Assembly (NCBI GenBank): GCA_028711705.1
Contig: JAQTRS010000001.1
Location: 98,761-162,760 of the forward strand
DNA from: Candidatus Moraniibacteriota bacterium
GTDB taxonomy: Bacteria; Patescibacteriota; Minisyncoccia; Moranbacterales; UBA1568
Direction: 5' to 3'
DNA length: 64,000 bases
Positions 20,536 through 30,377 of the stretch are shown in pieces. Positions within the stretch are counted from its first letter, which is position 1, and every line of letters starts with the position of its first letter. The position numbers were made by a program, and so were the translations under genes. The notes beneath the pieces are model-generated. The model had not been told where the DNA came from, did not search any database, and worked only from the letters and a program-made list of their open reading frames with translations.

Positions 20536-21625
20536 TTACCTGACGCGATTATACTGTAAATAGCTCTCCATAAATGGCCTAAGGTCCCCATCCAATACTT
20601 TATATACATCCGTGGCTTCATGTTTCGTGCGGTGATCCTTGGCCAGCGTATACGGGTGCAGGACATAGGACCTGATCTGACTCCCCCACTCCACGCTCGC
20701 CGATTCACCCTTGATGGCTTTGAGCTTCTGCTCTTGCTCCTCCACATACGTTTTATGCAGCTTCGCCAACACGATTTTCATCGCCTGCTCGCGATTCTGC
20801 AGCTGCGACCGCTCACTCTGACATGTTACCACAATTCCGCTCGGAATGTGAGTGATACGGATAGCGCTTTCCGTCTTATTGACATGCTGGCCGCCCGCAC
20901 CCGATGCCCGATAGGTATCGATGCGCAAGTCCTGCGCATCCACCACCACCTCCGGCATCTCCTCGATGATCGGCAGAACCTCCACCGAGGCGAAGGATGT
21001 CTGCCGGAGATTATCCGAGTTGAAGGGAGAAAGACGGACCAACCGGTGCACGCCGTGCTCGCTTCGGAGGTACCCATAGGCATACGCCCCGTCTATTTCT
21101 ATCGTCACGCTCTTGATACCGGCTTCCGCCCCGCGTGACTCATCCAAGATTCTGGTTGAAAAGCCTTCCCGTTCCGCCCACCGAAGATACATCCGCATGA
21201 TCATCTCCGCAAAGTCCTGTGCATCCACCCCTCCCGCTCCACTGTGAATCGTGATAATCGCCGCATTCCGATCATAGGGTCCGCCAAGCAGGGCCTGGAA
21301 TTCCATCTGATCAACCGTGCGGGCGATATCCTCATAGGAGGCCGAAAGCTCCTGCTTCTCGGTCTCGCTTTCGGCTATCGGCGCCAGATCCTCGATATCC
21401 TGCAGGGCATGCATGAGCTTATCGAAAGCCCCGAGTTCTTCGCGCAGACCCTCGAGCTCTTTCATTACCTGGGCCGCCTTCTGCGAATCGTTCCAAAACC
21501 CGTCCGCATGGGTTTTTTCCTCCAATTCAGCGATGAGAGCCGTCTTTTTTTCCCTGTCAAAGACGGTCCTGCAATTGCAGGAGTTTGTGGCGTAGCGATC
21601 CGATTTTTTCAGTCATATCCTCCAT
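20536..21625 (-). CDS. prfB: Peptide chain release factor 2, translated via a programmed +1 frameshift at CTT TGA C (21562-21556)
   Basis: SPF and GGQ motifs; short first frame MEDMTEKIGSLRHKLLQLQDRL ends CTT-TGA-C and continues in +1 as DREKKTALIAELEEK; start 21625 or 21616. Confidence 0.95.
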
Positions 21626-21785
21626 ACCCACAGTATACCACGAAACACCGGGGTCTTGAAATTTTTTCAATCTTTGGTATACTGAGACAGTTGCTAAAAT
21701 ATATAGCCAAGATATATTCAGACTCAGTCGGTAGAGCAACGCATTCTCAACGAGTAAACCGCATACTGCCATTACCATAAATATA

Positions 21786-21858
21786 GCCAATGTAGCTCAG
21801 TCGGTAGAGCAACGCACTCGTAACGCGTAGGTCACCAGTTCGATTCTGGTCATTGGCT
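21786..21858 (+). tRNA. tRNA-Thr(CGU)
   Basis: GCCAATG/CATTGGC acceptor, TAGCTCAGTCGGTAGAGC D-arm, anticodon loop CT-CGT-AA, GTTCGATTC T-loop. Confidence 0.95.
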
Positions 21859-21863
21859 CACAC

Positions 21864-21893
21864 AAAAAACCACCCCGCAAAGGGTGGTTTTTT
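21864..21893. terminator. Bidirectional terminator between tRNA-Thr and dsbA
   Basis: AAAAAACCACCC-loop-GGGTGGTTTTTT. Confidence 0.8.
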
Positions 21894-21920
21894 CTACTGT
21901 CTTCTCCTGAATAATACGGC

Positions 21921-23012
21921 CTACTTCGACAATTCGGCATCGATAGCCTTCTTCAATTCGTCCACGGAGACGGCGCCTCCGATGAACTGATCGTTGACGA
22001 AAGTTCCCGGGGTTCCGGTCACGCCGAATTTCTTCCCTTCTTCGGTGTCGGCACTAACCTTGTCCTGATACTTCTTGCTATCGAGACACTCATTGAATTG
22101 CTTGCCGTTCATACCGAATCGCAACGCATAGTCCTTGAACTTCTGCACGCCCTCGGTCTTTCCCCACTCATCCTGCTTGGCGAAAAGATTGTCGGCATAT
22201 GCCATGAACTTTCCCTGCTCATTGGCACACTCGGAAGCCAATGCGGCATTGTTGGCCTGCGGATGGAACACCAAAGGATACTGTTTGTACGAGAACAAGA
22301 CCTTATCTTTATACTCCTTGAGCACCTGCTGCATAGCCGGGTGCATCAATCGGCAATACGGGCACTGGAAATCAGAGTACTCCACGATCCTTACTTTGGC
22401 ATCTTTGGGTCCGACCTGGATATCCGTGTCCTTGATTTCGGGGAACACCAAAAGCTTGCCGGCTGGAATACCGATCTGCTCGGTGTTCAATGTGTAGCGG
22501 TTGTCATCCTGTTTGGAGAAAAGCGTCTCGGCCTGCGTGAACATCTCTGTCTTGTTCACCTCTTCCGAAAAAACGAAAGCTGGCAACGACACGGCTCCCG
22601 ACTTTTCGATGAGCGCCTTTCCCTCTTCGCTGGCATAGTCGACTTCCTGAGCCACGATGGTCGGCATGATGCGGCGCAACCAGACGAGCGCCTGGTCAGG
22701 AGCGCACTTCTCGCAGGTCGAATCGGTAATAACGTCCAAATGCACGACAGGATCACCATAGGCCACCCACGTCTTTCCGCCCGCTTCCAACACATTGACC
22801 TTCTTCACGATGCTCTCGGAAAATCCGCTTCCCTTGACGAGCTGCGCGATATCCACGAACAAGCTCCCTACAAAAAGGCCTGCGAGCAAAATGATGCCCG
22901 CGATCAAATTTTGCATCTTTTTCGATTCCGCTTTCGGATCAGATTCCGTTGTGACGGAAGTGTCCGTATCCACCGCGATCTCTTTAGCATCTTTCATATC
23001 TTGATTTTCCAT
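21921..23012 (-). CDS. Membrane-anchored DsbA-family oxidoreductase with an extra N-terminal CxxC domain
   Basis: TM anchor, CEKC, then EYSDFQCPYC and GVTGTP. Confidence 0.9.
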   Translation of the reverse strand: MENQDMKDAKEIAVDTDTSVTTESDPKAESKKMQNLIAGIILLAGLFVGSLFVDIAQLVKGSGFSESIVKKVNVLEAGGKTWVAYGDPVVHLDVITDSTCEKCAPDQALVWLRRIMPTIVAQEVDYASEEGKALIEKSGAVSLPAFVFSEEVNKTEMFTQAETLFSKQDDNRYTLNTEQIGIPAGKLLVFPEIKDTDIQVGPKDAKVRIVEYSDFQCPYCRLMHPAMQQVLKEYKDKVLFSYKQYPLVFHPQANNAALASECANEQGKFMAYADNLFAKQDEWGKTEGVQKFKDYALRFGMNGKQFNECLDSKKYQDKVSADTEEGKKFGVTGTPGTFVNDQFIGGAVSVDELKKAIDAELSK

Positions 23013-23050
23013 ACATTTTCTAAAAATTTCTTATTCCGTATTATGCCTGC

Positions 23051-23344
23051 CTACTGGGAGCACGAACCGCCTGTCGGCTGCGGACTGGCGAGTCCTGCGC
23101 TATCACCCTTTGCCGAAAGCTCTTTTTGCATCGCATTGAGATCATAGGCACCCGCATCCTTCTGCGACAAGAGATAATCGCTCGAACCCATAGTGATCCG
23201 CTTCGCAGCCTCTGTCTTTACAGAAAATCCAACCAGAATACCCAATACCAGCAAAAGCGCCAGCTCAAGCGTCCTGTAATTGCGCTTGCTCGGTGACGCT
23301 ACCTCGGGCTGCACACGTTCTTCTTGCATAGGCGTTTCTTTCAT
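23051..23344 (-). CDS. Hypothetical single-TM protein, co-oriented with dsbA
   Basis: 97-aa ORF with one TM, ends GGSCSQ. Confidence 0.7.
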   Translation of the reverse strand: MKETPMQEERVQPEVASPSKRNYRTLELALLLVLGILVGFSVKTEAAKRITMGSSDYLLSQKDAGAYDLNAMQKELSAKGDSAGLASPQPTGGSCSQ

Positions 23345-23460
23345 ATTTTTGCAACATGAAAATCTTAAAGATATTATCCGAAGCTTTCCAGAGCCTTAAT
23401 TCGCTCTTTAAAAAATAATAGCATATTTTGAAACTGGCAACAACCGGCATTATATCCGAT

Positions 23461-23781
23461 TCAGAGGAACAAACCGTCCAAAACATCATCGAGCTCATCG
23501 ATGCTTTTCGTGCCGGCGCCCTCGATCTTGCGGGAGGGTTTGTCGATCTCGCGCCGTACCTTCGATGTCGCATCATTCAAGTGAACGCCATGCAAGATGG
23601 TGCCGTTTACCGAAACATTGGGGCCGATCTTGCAGAAACGGAAACAATCGATAGTTTTGCCGACATCGACGGTATCGCCCAAATCTTTCGAGAGCTTCTC
23701 ATAGATCTTTTCTGACCCGCGCATGCAGCAATCGACATGCACGCACACCCTGACGCGAACTTTTTTCGCAGGTACCTCCAT
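23461..23781 (-). CDS. Thioredoxin-like [2Fe-2S] ferredoxin (NuoE-like domain)
   Basis: VC....C...GS and C...C..GPNV.VNG pattern. Confidence 0.8.
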   Translation of the reverse strand: MEVPAKKVRVRVCVHVDCCMRGSEKIYEKLSKDLGDTVDVGKTIDCFRFCKIGPNVSVNGTILHGVHLNDATSKVRREIDKPSRKIEGAGTKSIDELDDVLDGLFL

Positions 23782-23961
23782 ATGTATTCTTTAAGACTAG
23801 TGTTAATGGGAATCACACTTCATCTTAGCTTATTTTCAGAAACACATCAACAACGAAAAAGGCCGCATACCCCCATTAAGCGCAGTCCTTTCCTTGCGCA
23901 CTATCATTTGATGCTATACTACCTCTATACCAAGCACCCATCAAAAAAACCGACCCTACCT

Positions 23962-24249
23962 ATGGATACCCTCCGATTGCAACTTATCGCTATCTTTCTT
24001 CTGATCAACACCGTCGCCTTTTTCATCATGCTCTCCGACAAGATACGGTCACGGAAAATAGGCGCTGAAAGGATTTCCGAAGGGTTGCTCTTTTTCATGG
24101 CCGCTGCCCTGGGTAGTGTCGGCGTTTGGGCGGGCATGTTCGCCTTCCGTCACAAGACCCGCAAGTGGTATTTCCTCCTCGGCATTCCGCTTCTCATCCT
24201 ACAAAACATCGCGCTCCTCTACCTTGCATATCTTTTGTGGCGAAAGTAA
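23962..24249 (+). CDS. DUF1294-family membrane protein
   Basis: DK.R......RISE..L...A..LGS.G...GM..FRHKTRK; start moved to ATG 23962. Confidence 0.88.
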   Translation: MDTLRLQLIAIFLLINTVAFFIMLSDKIRSRKIGAERISEGLLFFMAAALGSVGVWAGMFAFRHKTRKWYFLLGIPLLILQNIALLYLAYLLWRK

Positions 24250-24347
24250 ATAAATTTTTCCAATGATTTTTCACTCACAACAAAAACGCAGGCCTTCTAT
24301 AGAACAATTATAGGACCTGCGTTTTCATATATACGCTATGACAGAGG

Positions 24348-25292
24348 CTATTTCTTTTCTTCGACCTGGGCATCGGGGGCAACCTCTCCGGAAGCCGATG
24401 CTTCTGGCCCTGCGTGCGGGGCAGCATGCGCCTCTGCCGCATCGATTTTCATTGCCGGCTGTTTGAAATTGATATATGCCATGATGAAGAACACGATCGA
24501 GAACAAAAACGGCACCCCAAAGAGCGATGGCACCACGAAACTGACAAGCAGCGGTAAGGTCACCAAATGCAACCCGAGCCTATACGCCTGGCCATAGGTC
24601 AGGATCTTGCCAGTCACATTGGCTGCAAGCCAAACCACCAGCGCGCCGAACACGAGATATATTCCATACCCGATGAACAGCGCCACGAACAGAACGAACG
24701 GAAGCAAAATCAAAACAACGACACCCGCTATCCTCAGCATCTTCCACGCCATATCCACCAGGCCGGTAAAGCTGGATCGATCAAGCGTATAGTCGATATT
24801 GAATGCCTGTATATTCTGAACCTCGACCTTGCCTCGACCCGGATTAAAAATGCCTACCTGATTTTTCCCGACCATCACGAGCGTCTGATGCGTCTCAAAA
24901 TCGCTCATCTGGATCGGCTTCGTCGTATCGATAACCAAGAGCTGCTCCACCGGAGGGATATCCTTCTCGCGCCGTATCTCTCTTTTGAGATTCTCCGGCA
25001 TAGCGATGGCATAAGGTTCCTGAACATTGGTGCTGATTTCGCCGTTCTTGATGCGCACCGAAAGTTCCGCCGGGAACGTCGCGATAATTTCCGAACGGAA
25101 GTTCTCCACGGACGCCTGCTTCCACGTCAGCAAACCTATCCCGCCAACCAATGGAATGATCGCGATGATGCATGAAACGACGAGCACGAGCTTCGCGAAG
25201 TACTTCACCGACACGGATGCAGACTGACCCGCGATATCCCTATAGAACCGCGGGTTATAGATGCTATCCTTGACCATCTGAAAGAATTTCAT
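24348..25292 (-). CDS. DUF1189-like membrane protein
   Basis: SIYNP.FY N-terminus, TM, large extracellular loop, three TMs, Y.Q.Y.L..H..T.P. Confidence 0.65.
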   Translation of the reverse strand: MKFFQMVKDSIYNPRFYRDIAGQSASVSVKYFAKLVLVVSCIIAIIPLVGGIGLLTWKQASVENFRSEIIATFPAELSVRIKNGEISTNVQEPYAIAMPENLKREIRREKDIPPVEQLLVIDTTKPIQMSDFETHQTLVMVGKNQVGIFNPGRGKVEVQNIQAFNIDYTLDRSSFTGLVDMAWKMLRIAGVVVLILLPFVLFVALFIGYGIYLVFGALVVWLAANVTGKILTYGQAYRLGLHLVTLPLLVSFVVPSLFGVPFLFSIVFFIMAYINFKQPAMKIDAAEAHAAPHAGPEASASGEVAPDAQVEEKK

Positions 25293-25343
25293 ACTCGTGT
25301 CTCAAAAATTATATCCCCCCTAACGCCTTATCGAAGCGAAAGC

Positions 25344-25760
25344 CTAGGAATCGCTCTCCGCATATTTCCTGAAATTATCCAGTATCGCCTGCCAACCCGA
25401 TCGCTGCATTTCCTCGGAATTCTCGCTCTCCGGTTCGAAGACCTCCGTCACGCGGGTGCTGCCGTCGATTTCTTCGAACGATACCACGAGCCTCCGTCCG
25501 TCATCGAGGATAGACTCGATCACTTTTCCCGCCTCGATTTTCGTATAGGTCCCGCCGAACTCGAAAGAGGTCGACTTATCCTTCGCACCCATCACGAAGA
25601 CGAATTTCCCACCCTCTACCAAATCGTTCCTCGCGGCGGTGCACTCCCAATCGTCCGACGCATAATTCCAATTGACGATATGCTTGGGGTTGGTGAAGTA
25701 TTCCCACGCCGTGCTCAGATCGACGTGCACCACCGTTTGTACGGTTATCGGATTGTTCAT
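25344..25760 (-). CDS. SRPBCC/AHSA1-domain protein
   Basis: W...T.P.HI..WN.ASDDW, F.PE.EN..EMQR.GWQAILDNF. Confidence 0.9.
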   Translation of the reverse strand: MNNPITVQTVVHVDLSTAWEYFTNPKHIVNWNYASDDWECTAARNDLVEGGKFVFVMGAKDKSTSFEFGGTYTKIEAGKVIESILDDGRRLVVSFEEIDGSTRVTEVFEPESENSEEMQRSGWQAILDNFRKYAESDS

Positions 25761-25790
25761 AATGGTGTTCGAATAGTGAATTATGCCGAC

Positions 25791-26225
25791 CTATTCCTTG
25801 CTCATGCAATTGAACATCCACATCACGCCGAACTTGTCCGTCAAACTTCCGAAGTATCCGCCCCAAAACATTTCCATCAAAGCCATCCCCACCTTTCCCC
25901 CTTCGGACAGTTTCGCAAACAATGCATCCGTCTCTGCGCGGGTGTCGGGCTCGAGATTGATGTAGATATTATTCCCGAACACGACCTTGAAGCCCATCGA
26001 CTCCGGAGCATCGGTGCCGAGCAACCTGTGCCCGCCCAAAATCGGCAACTCGATATGCATAATCAGATTCTGATCTTCTGCTGCCGGCCCCTGCGCGCCC
26101 GCTTGCGCCGGTATATCCGAGAAGCGCTGCAACATCGCAAACTCCCCACCGAACACGGACTTGTAGAAATTAAACGCTTCCTCGGTTTGACGAGGGAAAT
26201 TCAAATACGTGCTTACTTTCGCCAT
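25791..26225 (-). CDS. VOC/PhnB-family protein
   Basis: YLNF....EEAF.FYK.VFG, IMH..L, FWG.YFG.L.DKFGV.WM. Confidence 0.9.
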   Translation of the reverse strand: MAKVSTYLNFPRQTEEAFNFYKSVFGGEFAMLQRFSDIPAQAGAQGPAAEDQNLIMHIELPILGGHRLLGTDAPESMGFKVVFGNNIYINLEPDTRAETDALFAKLSEGGKVGMALMEMFWGGYFGSLTDKFGVMWMFNCMSKE

Positions 26226-26549
26226 ATGCGTGTTCTTAGTACATTATACTCACTTACCTGGAGATACGTCTCCAGTATAGCAGATATTCCTATTTATCCT
26301 GCTCTCTGAGCTTTTCATCCGCTTCGGATACGCTTACCGGTTTTCCCATGACAAAAAGCCTGGCAGTACCGCTTGCCAAAAGCCAATACACCACCATCGC
26401 AAGCAGCGTCGTGCGCTCTCCGTATATATTCCGATGCTTCGATAAACACGGTATTCCTGTTGACACAATCATCGCATTGCCGTATAGTTCACTATCATCG
26501 ATACGATGATAAACACAAAAAAATCGCAACTTAACAAGAGGGCACAACC

Positions 26550-26996
26550 ATGTCAAACAGAACATTTTGCACTGTCAGAAAGAAATTCCATAAAGCTGCC
26601 TTGAGAAACGATGTTCTTCAAAATGAGCTGACCGAGCTTCTCAGGCAAATGCTCTTATCCGCCACGACGATCGCGGAAACGATCGAAGTCTGGCGCCTGG
26701 ACACGCCCCGTCATGACCTGCTGCCGACCGATGAATTTTTCGATTATGTGGCCGATCTTCCAAAAACCATCGATGAATTCTGGGAATTGGTGAAACTCCA
26801 AGATTCCTATCTCAACGACGATGACTACGAAACCGAAGTCTTCAGGAACTTTTCCAAAAAAATCGCTGATGAAAGCAGTGCCGAAGTCATCATCAAAAAA
26901 CTGCGCGATGAATGGCCGACAGACACCACCGAAGAGTTTATGCACTTCAACGCACTGCTCAGTATAATCGTCAGCCGAAAAATCGAAGTGGCCTGA
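26550..26996 (+). CDS. Hypothetical acidic protein (orphan)
   Basis: 148-aa ORF, GAGGG SD, terminator at 27024-27060. Confidence 0.7.
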   Translation: MSNRTFCTVRKKFHKAALRNDVLQNELTELLRQMLLSATTIAETIEVWRLDTPRHDLLPTDEFFDYVADLPKTIDEFWELVKLQDSYLNDDDYETEVFRNFSKKIADESSAEVIIKKLRDEWPTDTTEEFMHFNALLSIIVSRKIEVA

Positions 26997-27080
26997 TTCC
27001 AAAACACGGAAACCGAAAACACGAGCGACCTCCCATAATACTGGAAGGTCGCTGTTTTTTATTCCGAAATATTTTCTGCC

Positions 27081-27371
27081 TTATCCGCGCGCCTCAAAGC
27101 CGATAGAATCCGCCGGGGCATCGGCCGTCTTGATAACCCCGAAAGCATCCTCATATTTCTTAAGATTCTCCTGAAGTGTCTGAGCGATGCGCTTCAGATG
27201 GCTCGGCGAAACGATGACCCGGGCATTGAGCGTCCCCGTCGGCGGGAACATATTCAAGAAATCCAGCACGAACTCCTCCCTCGTATGCAGCACCTGCGTC
27301 GCATTGGCATACACCCCCCGCAACGTCTCATCCGCCGCCTTGATCTGGATCTGGTTTGGTTGTTGTGTCAT
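27081..27371 (-). CDS. DUF3467-family protein
   Basis: GVYAN......H..EEFVLDF, RVI.SP.H.KR....L.EN..KYE..FG.I. Confidence 0.9.
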   Translation of the reverse strand: MTQQPNQIQIKAADETLRGVYANATQVLHTREEFVLDFLNMFPPTGTLNARVIVSPSHLKRIAQTLQENLKKYEDAFGVIKTADAPADSIGFEARG

Positions 27372-27382
27372 ATTTATCAGTG

Positions 27383-27877
27383 TTATTTAATTACCAGTTT
27401 ATCTATTTTTGATAAAGCATCATCAGTATACATAACTGCTCTCAAAAGCTCTTGTTTTGTAATACCATCAATCAATTTATGGTGCGATGGATTTCTTAAT
27501 AAATCATGCACAATGCAACACAACGAGTGACAATGCGATAAAGGATCAGCATATACAAGAATTGAAGCTCCTGGTGTAAGAGCTTTTCCTATTAGTCCTC
27601 GGCCAATAAAGGCTTCTGTCAAGCCTGATTTTTTTCTAAGCCTATCTTCAAGAATAACCGTGATTTCTCTGTATGCTGCATCAAGGTTTACATCCTTATC
27701 AGAAAGAATAGATCGTAATCTTGATTTTAAGATACTATCAGAAGTCATGGCGAGTATATCATCATACTTTGTCAAAAAATACCAGTGTTCAAAGTATTGA
27801 ATTAACATGTCAATCCTCAAAAACGCCTGATTTATATCAACAAATTGATAGCTGCTTGAAGTTGAAGATAGAACCAT
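27383..27877 (-). CDS. TIGR02391/Ymh-like domain protein, possibly 5'-degraded
   Basis: A.RE...ILEDRLRK.SGL.....G..L...AL, RNP.HH; frame stays open ~38 codons upstream of the ATG without a start. Confidence 0.55.
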   Translation of the reverse strand: MVLSSTSSSYQFVDINQAFLRIDMLIQYFEHWYFLTKYDDILAMTSDSILKSRLRSILSDKDVNLDAAYREITVILEDRLRKKSGLTEAFIGRGLIGKALTPGASILVYADPLSHCHSLCCIVHDLLRNPSHHKLIDGITKQELLRAVMYTDDALSKIDKLVIK

Positions 27878-28124
27878 TGAATCTATGATTTTATATGAAC
27901 CGAATTGCGCATCACTTGTATCAGTTATACACTTATCGATTTCTTTATTATAAAAATCGGCTTCGACTCGAGGGAGATTAGGGGCTTTCTTTCATCCCAA
28001 CCATTTTGTATCGATTTAAAATGATTATAATGTAAGTATAAACCCGCCCTTTGTTTTTTAGTCATACTAACTTAACTCAAGGGCGGGTCCCTATTACTTA
28101 CCCGCCCTTTTTTCTACCTATTAT

Positions 28125-30044
28125 TTACTTTTTCTCTTCGTCGTCTTTCTTGTCCTCTACCTCAGCGTCTTTGACTTCACCTTCGGGCTTTGCTTCGCCT
28201 TCAGTGCTTCCTGCTTGGCTCGCCGTAGATTCATCGGAGGAGGCAGCGGCTTTGTAAAGCTTCTCGCCGATGCCTTGGGCGGCTGCGGAGAGGGCTTCGG
28301 TCGCTTTCTTGATCTCATCGAGGTTGTCTCCGTTCTTGACCTTATTGAGTTCGTCGAGCTTTTCTTGGACCGGCTTCTTCTCGTCCTCGGTCAGCTTGTC
28401 GCCAGCATCCTTCATCGCTTTTTCCGTGGTGTAGGTGAGCGAGTCGGCCATATTGCGAGCCTCGACAAGTTCTTTCTTCTTCTTGTCTTCGTCCGCGTGC
28501 GCCTCAGCATCTTTCTTCATTTTCTCGATTTCTTCTTTGGAAAGTCCGGTCGATGCTTCGATGCGGATAGACTGGCTCTTATTCGTCGCCTTGTCCTTGG
28601 CAGTTACGGAGAGAATTCCGTTGGCGTCGATGTCAAATGTCACTTCGATCTGCGGAATACCGCGTGGAGATGGTGGAATACCGTCGAGGATAAATCTTCC
28701 GAGAGATTTGTTGTCGGCAGCCATTTCACGCTCACCTTGCAAGACGTGGATCTCTACGCTCGGCTGATTGTCAGCGGCGGTCGAAAATACCTGCGACTTC
28801 GCAGCAGGAACCGTCGTGTTGCGCTCGATCAAAGCAGTGCGCACGCCACCCATGGTCTCAATTCCAAAAGTAAGCGGGGTTACATCGAGGAGCAATACAT
28901 CCTTCACCGATCCTTCGAGCACACCTCCCTGGATAGCGGCGCCCATAGCTACCACTTCATCAGGATTCACGGAGATATTCGGTTTCTTGCCGAAGAATTT
29001 CTCAACAGTCTGGAGTACGAGCGGCATGCGGGTCATTCCTCCCACCATCACGACTTCATTGATATCGCTAGTCGAAAGCTTTGCATCGGCAAGCGCTTTC
29101 TTCACCGGCTCAAGCGTCTTTGCCACGAGGTCGCCCACCAATTCTTCAAGCTTCGCACGGGTCATCTTGAGCACCAAGTGCTTCGGCCCGGATGCATCCG
29201 AAGTGATGAATGGCTGATTGATTTCTGTATCATTGGCAGTTGAAAGCTCGATCTTCGCCTTCTCAGCCGCTTCTTTGATGCGCTGCAATGCGAGCGGATC
29301 TTTGGAAAGGTCGATTCCTTCCTGCTTGCGGAATTCATCGATGATCCAGTGGATGATGGTCTGGTCGAAGTCGTCTCCACCCAGGTGCGTGTCACCGTTG
29401 GTCGAACGCACTTCCACCGTGTCTTCGGATACTTCGAGGATAGAGATGTCGAATGTTCCTCCACCCAAGTCATACACAGCGATCTTCTCGTCTTTCTTCT
29501 TGTTGAATCCGTATGCGAGCGCTGCGGCTGTCGGTTCGTTGATGATTCGACGGACATTGAGTCCCGCGATTTCTCCGGCTTCCTTGGTCGCCTTGCGCTG
29601 CGAGTCATCGAAGTATGCCGGAACGGTAATCACCGCTTCCGTGATCTTTTCTCCCAAACGTTCTTCGGCATCGGCCTTGAGCTTGCCCAAGATCATAGCG
29701 GAAATTTCCTGCGGAGTGTACTCCTTACCACCCATCAGAACTTTCGTTCCCTCGCCAGCCTGCACGATCTTGTACGGCAAGGTCTTCAAATCGCGTTGCA
29801 CCTCCGCGTCGTTGAAGTGCCTTCCGATCAATCGCTTGATAGAGAAAAGCGTGTTTTCCGGATTAGTCACGCCCTGGCGCTTCGCCAAAAGACCCACCAA
29901 TCGCTCACCTGTCTTGGACACTGCTACCATGGAAGGTGTTGTGCGGTTCCCCTCCTTATTCTCGATAATCGTAGGCGTCCCACCCTCGACGATAGACATC
30001 GCGGAGTTGGTCGTTCCCAAGTCGATTCCCAAAATCTTTCCCAT
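28125..30044 (-). CDS. dnaK: Chaperone DnaK (Hsp70)
   Basis: [38 protein letters not shown]. Confidence 0.99.
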   Translation of the reverse strand: MGKILGIDLGTTNSAMSIVEGGTPTIIENKEGNRTTPSMVAVSKTGERLVGLLAKRQGVTNPENTLFSIKRLIGRHFNDAEVQRDLKTLPYKIVQAGEGTKVLMGGKEYTPQEISAMILGKLKADAEERLGEKITEAVITVPAYFDDSQRKATKEAGEIAGLNVRRIINEPTAAALAYGFNKKKDEKIAVYDLGGGTFDISILEVSEDTVEVRSTNGDTHLGGDDFDQTIIHWIIDEFRKQEGIDLSKDPLALQRIKEAAEKAKIELSTANDTEINQPFITSDASGPKHLVLKMTRAKLEELVGDLVAKTLEPVKKALADAKLSTSDINEVVMVGGMTRMPLVLQTVEKFFGKKPNISVNPDEVVAMGAAIQGGVLEGSVKDVLLLDVTPLTFGIETMGGVRTALIERNTTVPAAKSQVFSTAADNQPSVEIHVLQGEREMAADNKSLGRFILDGIPPSPRGIPQIEVTFDIDANGILSVTAKDKATNKSQSIRIEASTGLSKEEIEKMKKDAEAHADEDKKKKELVEARNMADSLTYTTEKAMKDAGDKLTEDEKKPVQEKLDELNKVKNGDNLDEIKKATEALSAAAQGIGEKLYKAAASSDESTASQAGSTEGEAKPEGEVKDAEVEDKKDDEEKK

Positions 30045-30101
30045 AGAATTTTTATTATATGATTAATGCTTGTGCACTTACCTCTGTAGTATACCAAACG
30101 A

Positions 30102-30128
30102 TTAGCAGTCGTCAAGTCCGAGTGCTAA
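30102..30128 (-). promoter_or_regulatory. CIRCE operator (HrcA site) overlapping the dnaK promoter
   Basis: Minus strand TTAGCACTC-N9-GACTGCTAA, one mismatch to consensus; embedded -35 TTGACG, TATACT 16 nt downstream. Confidence 0.92.
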
Positions 30129-30377
30129 TTCTTCAGACAACACTGGATTAAAGGCTTAACAAAGTGAATAATTAACGGTTATCGACTATCTTAGCACTCT
30201 TTATCGCTAGACAAAAACGCGAATGGTATGCTAGCATGAATCTTCTCCCTTAGCTATGATAATGCAAGATTTCCTTGTTTTCTCTTCGGTGAGGAAGAAT
30301 CGTTTTTCCTTATCCTGCCGGGCGACTGGCGGGCTGGTCTGCGAAGACCTTCATCACTCCTTTATGAGGATACGACC

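Noticed and set aside
26290-26565. 91-aa minus-strand ORF
   Set aside because: Overlaps the start and promoter of the better-supported 26550 gene; no RBS.
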